Assembly: GCA_965649765.1 (NCBI GenBank)
Contig: OZ287751.1
Coordinates: 73,532,001 to 73,596,000 of the forward strand
Source: Bispira polyomma
Lineage: Eukaryota
Length of the DNA: 64,000 nt
Direction of reading: 5' to 3'
Below are positions 41,901 to 53,900 of the stretch, piece after piece; the stretch's first letter is position 1, and every line of letters begins with the position of its first letter. The position numbers and the translations under genes are program-made. Under the pieces are notes generated by a model, which did no database searches, was not told where the DNA came from, and worked only from the letters and a program-made list of their open reading frames with translations.

Positions 41901-44900
41901 TTTATTTGGGGTGTTAGGCCCTTGTGAAAAACTGGTGCCAAGAATTTTTACTGGAGTGTTTGTTGTAGAACTGGTAGTTGGGCTACCTCTGTATGGACTC
42001 TCGTACACTGCCGATCTCTGAAGCGTTTTTGAACCCGAATAGGAGTCCCCAAATCTTAATGGTGTATATCCAGAATTGGTACTTCTATTTGCAGAAAATC
42101 CAAAATTTGAACTTTTTGAGCTACCTACTTGACTTCGTGGAGATTCTGCCGTATCATTGGATCCGGTATGCCTATTGTTAGATTCTCTATCAGGAACAAG
42201 GCCAAAGAACTTGGCCCTTTCGTGTCTCAATTTGTACGTGCCAGGAAGCTTGCTTTCTATATCTTTACTACTGTCACTGGAGCTTGCAGCGGGATTTCTT
42301 CTGCTATTTGTACTAGATTCCAGTATTTGGTTGTAGGAACCCTGAGCCTTGGTTTCTGGTTCGTGACTACTGTCTAAGCTCTTTACATTACCTGATGAAT
42401 ACGAGGTACTGGGAGATGGAATCCTCTTCTCAGTGGAAGCTGGTATTACAATGCTCTTTATATCATTTACAGAAGATGAAGCCTTGGGGGACATATGGCT
42501 ACTACTTTGATCTGGACTACTTACTGTATGCACATTGTTCCAGGTATTTGGTATTTTGCTCAATTTGTCTAGTGAATCTTTACCAGTTTCTTCTGTTTTC
42601 ATAGAGTAGGAGCCTCTGGAAAACATAGACCTGATTTTACTGAATCCTCCGAATGTTTCAGTTGGACTTTTACCCGGGCTTGTGAGAACCGTGACTGGGA
42701 TCCTGGTAGATTCTGTGGAATCCTTACTCTCACTTGTACTTTCATTGCCAGCCTCTTTCTTGATGAAGGCACTCCTCACTGAACTGCCATCAGGACTTCT
42801 TCTGGGACTTTTTCCACTCTCAGCAAATCTCTTCTGCCCACTGCCTTCTACGGGATTGGGTAATTTGGACATTTTCTTGACCTTAGTCTCAGTTCTAGCC
42901 GATTCTTTCTTTGGACTTGGACTGCTGCATCTATCTGGCGAGTACCTTTTGGATTCCTTCCGTGGGCTGTTTTCACCAGTCCTGGTGACCTTGCAATTTC
43001 TCCTGGGACTACTTGAACCAGGACTATTTCTTGTGGGACTAGAGCTCTCCTGTCTGATTATAGAGTATGTGTATTTGGACTCCTTTTTAGGGCTTCTCTC
43101 ACGACTCTTAGGACTAGAATTGTTACTCCTTGGACTGGGCAGCTGTTTCACTCCACTCCTCTCTGAAGCCTCTGTATTTGTATACACAACTGGTCTGGGA
43201 CTTGGACTTCGCCTATGTGATATGGGGATACCTCTAGCTTCTCTCTTTGGGCTTCCCTCACCACTTTTCTTCCTGTTATACTCGTGACTAGGACTCCTAG
43301 TCGACTGATAGAAGTCTCTCCCCTGTCCATTCCTTTCAGAATTCCCACCATATCCCCCTCTTGTTTGACTTTGAGGTTCGCGGAGCCTCACAACGTTGAC
43401 TTCCTCTGATGATTTCCTTTCAGATCTACCCTCCTTATTAACTACACCGTCCTTGTGGTATCCAAACCCATCTTGCATCGGGCTTCTACTCGGTATAGAT
43501 GAATGCTGGACAGGTATCCGTCTAGCAGCATCAACAGTGGCGCCACCTTTACTGTCGACACCACCTTTGCTTCTCGAATTATAAACAGGGATCCCTTTAG
43601 CACTATAACTGGAATTCATCATTCTCTGGCCGAATGCTGAATGTAAACTGTGTGTTGTCATGGGAACCAGGGGACTTTCCGGTCCAGTTTTCACGATATC
43701 GTAACCAATTACAGGATCTTGTTTATTCTCAATATCATTAACCAAAAGCAGTGGCTGTGATTCTTTTAAAGTCCTGCGGTCAAAACTCCAGTTTTCCTTG
43801 TTCCTGTTGTGAACTGGACTAACTTTGCTGTGCTTTATATGTCTAATAGGAATCTCCATAATTCTCTAAATTTAGGTAGCATGCCTGCATTATTATTTAG
43901 AATATCCTTTATTTAAACTTCACATAAATGTATTTTTGCCCTGAACTTCCAGGTCATTTACTTAAAATGAAGATAATCCTGTATGAACTATAAGGTTGAC
44001 ATTTCTTAAGTTCTTGATAAATGTATAAGTTCTCTGAACTACGCACTTTTTATAAAAGTAGACTAACAAAACTGTTGTCTTACTAAATGTAGTTTGTGGG
44101 AAAATGCATTTAAAACATATATATATATATCAGCTGCAATAAACCAGTTTTGATATATGTTGTACATGGGAGGTTGTTTATAGCATCCTGGGTTCATTTC
44201 ACAGCTTAGCAGAAAAAGTAGACAATACTTAGGAAGAAATTAATTACACTGCCCTCTCTTTGTAATAAATGTCAAGTTATTTGACATTCTTCACTTCTAT
44301 TCAGAAAGAGATATATTGCACCCCATACCATCGGGCCTTCAGAACCAGGGAACTACAAACATTGGTGGCATCACAAACTTAAAGCAGTATCTTAGCTTTC
44401 GCTTATAAATTCAGAACCAATCATCCTGTGACCTTTCTGTTTTATACTAGACTTGCATCCTACCTCATTATATATTTATTTAAGAGAGTTTTTGCACCTT
44501 AACTTTTATGGTTAACTATAAAATAATAGTTTAAAACAAGACTAAATCCTGCATACTTTACTCTTGACTTAAGTTTTAAAGTGAGTTCCAGTAGTTCTTA
44601 CAGTTTAAGCTCCAAGCCTTTAATCTGCCAGTACAATGACGTCAGCACAGGCTGGTATTTATTTAATCTACCACCAGCTGTAGAATGGTATTTACTTAGA
44701 GATATAAGCCCGCTCAAAAAGGGTCTACCCTTCCTAATTTTATCAGGTACTAGGGAATGTATTTCTCCAAAAAAGTTGATTGATGAAAACGCTAAAATAA
44801 ACCCAAAGCTTGTCAGATCACCAGTGATGAAACAAGAATATTGTGAGAACTGTATAGACTTGTGATGTCATCATCTCACTGACAATAGATGAAAGTTTGA

Positions 44901-47900
44901 ATTAAGTTTGAGCAGTAGGCACACACTGCAGATTACTCTTATTCTAAAGGAAATAACCCTCAATACAACCCTCAATACATTGTACACCTAGGACTGATAT
45001 CCTTAATCAACCGAACACTTCTTAACCTATTGCAAACTCTTTTTATCAATGTATTAGAAAAGAATCAAACAGCTTATTGTTTGTCATATCAAATCTACAA
45101 GAATATCACCAATATTAATATAAAGATTTCGTGTTTTAAAGTTAGTATAAAAATTAAAAGAGCTTGCAGTTTAGAGTGCTCTGCCTTTAATCTGTCACTC
45201 CATTTGTTCACATAAATAGCTTAGGCATCTTACTACTACACTTGCAAGTAAGTTAATATTAAATATACCCATAACAATAGAAATGTATATAGAGTACACT
45301 GCAAGGTTTAATACTTTTTAAAAGAGAGATACAATTGTAAAATGGAAAAACATGCATAAAAGTGCAAAAGTTTTCAAAAGTTTTTAAGAAAAAAAAAGTT
45401 AAAAGATACATAGTAAGATTGTAAAATCCATTCCCAAATGGTCGCCTCCCACTTTCACGTTGGCCTTGCAATTATCTTCGCTTACCCATCTTGCATATCT
45501 TGCAGGTTAAAAATGGCCAACTAATTCCCATATTTCGTCGTGGTCAGTTTTGATCATATTACGGATGGAGGAAAGTATAGTGATGCCCTCTGCTGTGTCA
45601 TGTTCATTGCAGAAATTTAGGATTTTTCTAAATTTCCACAATGGTCATGGAGATCTATGCTTACCCAGGGTTTCAGAAGGAAATCCCTGTGGGATCAATA
45701 TATTATCCTGGTTACTTAGAGGGATCTCTATGCAACCAGCTAATCATCATCGTTGGTTAAACTCTTATAAGTGGGAGGCGGGCATAAGGAAAAATAGAGA
45801 TGCTTAAAACTTGTGTATATAAACTAAACATATTATATATAATATAAGACAATTTTATACAGCACTGAAATCAGATCACAACAGCTTTAGTATGCACCAA
45901 GATTCTTTAAACTGATGCTGCTGTATACTTAAATATAGTTAACTCTATTACAAGCACTGTTTCCATATAACATATACAACTAAAACTTTTCAATGTCACA
46001 TTTTCTGTAAAGCCTCTCAGAATTTATTCAATTAATTGAAGAAAAAAAAACTTATGTGACTTGTGTACAATGTCAAAGTAGTAAAATGTTGGAATCATCA
46101 GCACGGAATAACTCCAGACACAATACATTCTTAACAATTGTTGTAAACTTACTAAGATTAAAATTCACTTCACAGAAATCAGATATAGTGTTTACAGTAG
46201 ACTGTATAAATAGAACCAGTTTTAAGGTCCCAACATCAGAAAATGCTATATTTTTGTTGGTACAAGTGGAAGTTAGCTATAACTAGAACCCAATACTGTG
46301 GATATTGGAGGTTCTAATTATGCAGAGTATACTGTAATATATACATTAATTGAACTGTATTCAACAGAATAATATAATTTATACCATTATTTCAATGAGA
46401 AAACACAACAGACTGCAATAAAATTCTTTTAAAATTTGGTACATAATTTTTCTTAGCATGTAACTTGCATCATTTAAAAATGTATTTAGAAAGGGGCAAT
46501 TGCACTAAATAGAGGTAACTTTTAATGAATTCTAAAAGTCTGGCACTATTTTAACAAATCTGACCTCTGTGAACCTGTTAACTAATTAACAATACTAAAA
46601 ATTGCTTATAATTTAAGACTTTTTACTAAATTAGAAACAGTGAAAGTTGCACCCACCTCCTGTACAATCTCCCCATTGGGAACAGGCTGTCCACCAAACT
46701 TGATACTCAGGGTGTAAGCGCCAGGGACACGTGGGGTGTACATAATGCTCACTGTACCGTCTCCATTGTCAACTATGTCAATGTCCACATCACTGGTAGC
46801 GTTACTATGGATACGACATGTCACGTTACCATAGCCAGCCTCAGAAGCATTGACGTTGATGACGCATTCTTCGCCAACTGGGATAGTGGTCCTGATACCA
46901 TCTGGTGGTAAGAAACAGAACTACATGTACATGATAGAATGGGAAACTTTATATACTGTAATGTTTACTTATTTATACGCGTGTGATCCCGATACTATCT
47001 TGTGGTGAGAAACACAAGTACGTAATAGAATGGGAAACGGTATACATACTATAACTAGACTTACATAGACTTATCTATACTCATGTGGTCCTGATACCAT
47101 CTGGTGGTGAGAAACAGAACTACATGTACATGATACTGTGGGACGCTGTATACTGTAAAGTTTACTTATTTTTACTCAGGTGGTCCTGATACCATCTGGT
47201 GGTGAAAAACAGAACTACATAATTGAATCGAGCATGTCTAATGCCAGCTTTTCCATATGTATGCCAGAGTGGAAATTTAAACCCATGATTACAGAGGTAG
47301 GAGCCTAGTAGTATGTTACCACTACACCAACGAGGCCCCCGTTATAAATTGTAGAATTTAAAAGAAAGTTTTCTTTGAGCCGAAAAAGGTATCCCCTATA
47401 AAAGAGGAAACTAATTTCTCAACATAGTTTTCTACTTAAGGTATAAAGAGTAATTACATTCTGATGATATATCCTGAAGATGCAACACAAAGTACATCAA
47501 ACATTCTACACCTTTTGTCTGGCAAATCCTCAAACCATAACGTTTTAATCTTAGAACCTCTCAAGATTTCTGTTAAAATTGCCTGGAGTCTCAAAAATAA
47601 CTTAAAAACTAAAAAGTACTATTTACAAATGATTTTTTATTTACATTAGCTTAGAATTTATACTGATTTTCCTCAGGGCATATCTCTTCCGAACTAACCT
47701 GCAATCTTGACTTTGCTGGCGTCCCCAGTTGGACTGGTCATCACACTGAAGGGAGCGCCAGGGACAGGCTGACCACCAAACCTGACCCCCACAGAGTAAG
47801 GGCCAATATCCTCTGGTGTGTAACTCACTCTGTAGGTGCCGTCCCCATTGTCTTCTATCTTTGGGCGCACATAGTTACCACTAGGATCCTGTAACCAGAC

Positions 47901-50900
47901 ACAGCCACATTAATGATCCACAAGTGTCAATTTTTAAAAAGATTTTCAAAAAACTGAATTGTACTGAAGGATGACCCCTTAGCTCCAAATCACTGTTTTA
48001 AATATCAGACGTTTTACAAAAAGTCACAAAAATCTAAGATGGCTACAAAAATTTGAAATTTCGAAAATATTTCAAAACTTAAAATACAGGGAACTCTCAA
48101 GTATCTCCCAAGCTTTTACAACAAAACCATGTTCTATGAAAGCCCACTCCGTACTTAGTTGATGAAAAAATTCCATGTATCACAAAATCTATGTAATATG
48201 CACAAGTTGTAGTATTTTAAGTTCTACTATCCCAATTTTCTTATCTTTCTGTTATGGTATACTTACCTTTGACATTCATGCTACGAAGTCCAAACTGATT
48301 TATATCAAAACTAATTCTGATACTTCCAAACAGTTTAAGATACATTAGTTCAATAGCTTTTGATGTACAATAATCCCAAAAACAAATTGCACCACATTTT
48401 ACAAATGCAGTATTTCTGTCCAGTGATACAGTTAATTGAAGCTCAAATTTTCACCAATTATTTTCATTTTTTTAACAAAATTTTGAATTTGCAAAGCTTG
48501 CACATACATCACGGACCATTTCATAGACTTTTTCATATCCAACAAAAAATTACTCATGAGCCTAGGATGATACATGTTTTACGATTTTTTGCAAACCGTA
48601 ACTAGGAAACTAAAACTATGCCAACAACTATTTATGCATCACTGTAAGCAAGCGTACTTTTCTTATCCACTAACACATCTTTCACAGCCAACAGAAAATT
48701 AACACAAATGACTGGAGATACAATTTTTTTACACTACTGTAACAATACCAAATCACTTCGGCCTGTATGCATCATTACCAACCTGTAAAATGTGCACTTT
48801 CACAAATAAGGCCCCTATTATTACATTCAGAGAATATGATGACTTAATTCTTTCTTAATTGGACATATAAACACTACTTTTTTTGGTTTTTAAATGTGAC
48901 ATTACTGTCATCAGAAATCGAGAGAAATATTGTTTCCTTTCAAAATATAAATGTTTTATACGTCACTTCTTAAGAAAACTTACCATCAGTTTAATGCAAA
49001 AATTTTAAATACAATATTAAGACCAATTCTCCTGCCACCAAATACTTTTCCAGCCTTTTCCGCCTGAAGGTATCCCAATCACTCAGCCCCCTTCTTGTAC
49101 TTGTGAATGTTGTTTCTGATTGATACAAACTCTGCTTAGATAACTTTAAGGACATTTCACACTCCATTAGGTTTCAATACATATTAACTCTCCACCAAAA
49201 TGACAAAGGTTTTCGCACAGCAACAGAAGAACTAAGAATGGATTTACAGCTAATTAAACCTATTTAACTAAAGCCACTAATAAGGCTGTCTGGTTATAGT
49301 CTTTCTGATAAGAGTGATTGTATACAGAGCATGCTCACAAAGAGAATGCACGGAATTATCAGTTTGTTTGAGTAACCAATGCAATGAGGTGAATTATGTC
49401 TGAATATTACAAGATTAGTGATACCATGTGTATCAGATTGGCTCATTTGTCTTTAAAGCCCAACATAAATCACCCTACCTTTTTACATCTTTCTGTACAT
49501 GTGACAATAATTTTTTTAAATGCTGTACTATTGAGAATATGTCTACATCCTTATGTATGCTGTCATTACTGTGTCTGAAAACGGGAACATGTCGCAACAT
49601 TTTCCACATAGTACTATTACCAAAATTTACCGGAAAACAGATCTTAACAGCAGGAATCTTTTAGCTCGAATAAAAACATTTCTACAAAATGAAAACTGTA
49701 AGATTTGTACTTTAACTGTACACCATTGCCCCTGCGCATCTTTACTACACCCTATAGGTTTGGAACTGTACCACAATTTTCTATTTCAAAACAACCACAG
49801 GTATAATTCTGAAACAACAACAATGATGAATTTAGTCAAATCCTGAGAACACCCTGTTTGATCATATAAAAAAATCTTCTCTTTGGGACAGTAAAATAAA
49901 GCAAACTTAATCTTTGCCAGTCTAACAATAAAAGTGTACCCACCCTGATAACGACGTCCAGATCTGCATTTCCAGCCTCTTTAGTGTCCACATTGAAGGA
50001 CACAGGGACACTGGCCAGTACTCCCACTGGTCGCACACCATCTCCAGTCACCTTGACCTTGGAGGGGTCAAATCCGGGCAGGATCTGGGTGTTAAAGGGA
50101 CTGCCAGGCACGTGCTGGTTGGCATAGCGTACTTCCACCTTGGCCTTGCCCTCCACTTGTGGGACATAGGCACAGTCATACATCCCCTCCTCAGGACGGG
50201 GGTGGATTTCTACAGGGCGCCTCTGGCCTGCAAAATAAAAACTAGATCATCAGCAAAACACAGCATAATGCAAAATTTTAAAACTATTTTCAAACATGGA
50301 TAGAGATCAGTCAACTTCAAATGAGTACCCACTACACAGGATTCAGTTAAAATGGTCACTTGCACAAAAGATCACTGTTCTAGACACCACTGTCATGTAA
50401 TCCTTATTTCCTTAGTCTAACATATTTATCTACACATGGAAGTTTATATCTTAGTACAAACATCAAGAGGATGATTTAGCATAGTCAGGGCTGATGATAG
50501 CTATCCTTGGAGAGTGGTCGCATGGCCAAGTTTGACAGCATCTCTTAGCTTTTCCTTTGTGTATCATGTACCATACATTCCTCAACCATCTGATCAGTGA
50601 CCGTAGCCTCCAGTAGAGCAGTCTTTACCTAATTGGTCAGTGTCATTAGTACTCATTACCAGTGTCTTTACTTGGTGGTCCATGTCCAAACTGGTCAGTG
50701 TACTTTACTTACCAATCTGATCAGTGACTGTCGCCTCTAGGAGAGCTTCCCCAGCCTCTGTAGCGTCCACTGTAAACCTTGCAGGCTCCAGCGCTCTCAC
50801 TCCCTTGGGGTCAAGGCCCTGACCTTCACACTTCACCAACCGAGGGTTGATCTCGTCAGCAATCTTCACATTGAAAGGACTGCCAGGGATGTGCTGTAAG

Positions 50901-53900
50901 GTATAAAATCTGGTATCAGAAATATAGTCTTGTATTGTAGAGGAAGAAACTTCTTGTTCGAAATACATTTTAGTCTGTGTTTCCATGAAACAGATGACCG
51001 ACCGCTGATACCAATTCTAATACATTTTGTTTCCATACAAAGTGTCGCCATGTACCCAATGACCGGCAGCTAACTCCGGCTGACTCTGTCAGCATACCTA
51101 TTAACAAAATCAGCCGGAAAAATCACACACACCCATGGAAATACTGCAATCTGGTGTTGGATGTCAGCTATCTGCTGTCAGCTATAAGCAGTCTGTTACA
51201 TGGAAACATAGGCTCATTTTATATACCAATCCCATTTCTCTCAATGTTGCCTCTCTTTTGAGATTTAACATAGATTTTAAAGCATACATCTAAAATCAGC
51301 GGGAAAAAAGATGGTTTTAAATCATATAAGACATGACATTAAATGATTAGCAGTCAACATATAAAATATGTATGGATACAAGTTCCAAGTACTTACTTGC
51401 TCAGCAAACTTGACTGCGATGTCATATTCTCCCTTCTTTGTGGGCAAGTATTCCACAGTACAACTACCATCCCTGTTGTCCCTGCAGGTCATCGTAGCCT
51501 CAGAAGGTCCCTCAATAGCCAGACCCAGCCCTCCTTTACCTGCACCTCGCGTCTCTACAGTGAACTGTTGGTCAGTGTTAGTATAACCGCCCTCAAGACC
51601 TACACAAAACCAGGGACACAGGTTTTAACTTACCTGTGTGTTTAATTATTTTATCAAGCAACACTTTAAATTTACAAAAACAAATGTTTCTCAAGTAAAA
51701 AACATAGTGACCAAGATGACCACCTCGAGTTATTAGGTCCTATTCCCAGTGGCAGGCTAAAGAACCTCAGCAATACTGATAAAGGGTGTGATCTTCAAGC
51801 CTCTCTGTCTCTTTCTTCAGGGAATGGGAATGACAGTTAATGGTGCTAGTTAGCTCTACCCGGGCAGCTAACAAAAGTTTAATTGGCACTTTAAATACCA
51901 GACAAAGGTAGCTGCTACATGCAGAGAGTGTAAATTTGAATGTAATACCTGGACCGTAGGCCTTGACCCTGGTAGGGTCACAGCCAGGGACCACGCCCAC
52001 AGGAAAGGGACTGCCTGGTACCTGGAGACCCTCGTAAGTCACGTCGATCTTGTGCGGTCCTGGTGATGAAATCAAGACATACAGAAGATATATTATAGCA
52101 CTAGTTTACTGAATTTAAAATTTGGCGTTTTGGCATATGAATACACACAAGGCTAAACCTTAAGGAGAACACTAAAACCCTAATGCTGTGGCTATAGTAG
52201 GAAGAACTACTTTTCAATATGGAATTTTAGCCGCAATAATCTGAGCCACTTAGACTTCCAAAAAGGATATCCATTTTATACATTCTATAAAACTATCCAC
52301 TTCTACATCAATCTTAACTAAACACGTACTTGAATATATTTCGCAATGACAAAAAAATTTTTAAATTTATTTTGTGTTTGACATGTTCAATATATATGTG
52401 GACACTTTTTGCTATTGTTGGGACTCAATTTTTACCAGGTCGATTAATCGTAAAGATTTACAACCGACTCACCTACTTACCTACTCGTACTTAATTTTTT
52501 TTTAAGTGCAAGAAATTTCAGATCGGTTTGGTTGTTAGTTTTCACCAAATATAGTGGTAAATAGAGATGACTGCAAGTTTTAACAAATTTGCATTAAATT
52601 TCATTAGATATTAAGGATTTGGTAAACGGATTACAATATTTTTCTTTGCCAGGTTGGTTTTATATAAGTTTATTAGTTTTGGTTAAATAATCGATCAAAA
52701 TATTTTTTCTAACAAACAGACATTTGTGGCTTCTTACACCAACGATTGCTTAGACGTTTGTTCAATTGTCGCAACACTACTTACTATTTTCAAAAGTTAA
52801 CTGACTACCTTAAATGGGTGTACACACACACCCGAATAATTAGGAACTAAACAGTTGTCTCACCTTCTTCAAACGGTGTGTACATGCATTTGTAGGTGCC
52901 GTCATTGTTGTTGTTTGCCAGAGCCTCCATCCTGACTCCAGTCGGTGCGGTTACAAAGGCCTTGACTTTACCCTCACCACTAGGGGTCACACTTGTGGCA
53001 TCCACAGTGAAGTCGGTGGTTGACTCCAGGAACACGCCTAAAAGAAAAGACACAAGATAGAAGTTAAAAACACTTTCAATATACGTGAAGAGCTAGTATT
53101 TTTATAGAACCGTCAGGTTATTAACATAAAATAATCTGAAATACCAAAGTGATTAGGTTTAATTATATCATATTATTATTATTCTTGTTTTCTGACAGCA
53201 GATATAAAAAGATTGTGCTTGAATGATTTCATTATTGATTGCATAGATTAGGAAATAAATTATTGTAAGTTATCACATCACAACTAAATTCACACATTGC
53301 ATGTCAAATACTTGATCCCAAGATAATTATATTTATTTCAGAAATAACGATTCTTTACATTATTTTTTTTTTTTTTTTTTTTTAATTTGGATATTTAACG
53401 TCCACTCTAGTACCTGTTTAGGTTATATTGGGACAGGTAGTTAGAAACGCTGGAAGAAACACTGCATACAGTTGATCAAGGTTCTGCACTGAAACCAGCG
53501 GCACACAGTAAGGAACTACCACCTTTCCCACATAGGTATCGACGGGATTCGAACTCACGCCGCCTAGAGGTGAGAGACCAGTGATTGTGAAGCGCAATGC
53601 TTGCTAACAACTAGGCCACTTGCGGCCCAATTCTTTACATTGTACAAACTAGACCTAGTGCATCGGAGAACCGATGCATATTTGTATCCACCAGAAAGAC
53701 AAAGCACCCTAGGTGGCAAGCACCTTAGGTAACAAGCACCCTAGCTAGCATTCAAGCTAGAAGCCTACGATTTCCTAAAGGGCATTTATGCTAAAGCCTT
53801 AAATGGCACAAATGGGTTTCACATTGCAAACCTGTGGGACCAATATTAAGTGTGAGATAGGCACTTTAAAGTTTGGCCTAACCATTTGACCTTGCACAAA

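Noticed and set aside
42682-43287. 201-aa Leu-rich ORF on the + strand
   Set aside because: Antisense shadow of the Ser/Pro/Lys-rich giant exon.
45480-45690. Two strong minus-strand donors (G|GTAAGC at ~45486 and ~45665) as further hinge exons
   Set aside because: No phase-0 stop-free exon with a credible acceptor could be built. They might be 5' UTR exons of the giant-exon isoform, but the sequence alone does not support this.
53540-53629. tRNA gene
   Set aside because: It is the A/B-box head of a SINE with body, poly(A) tail and TSD; I could not fold a complete cloverleaf.
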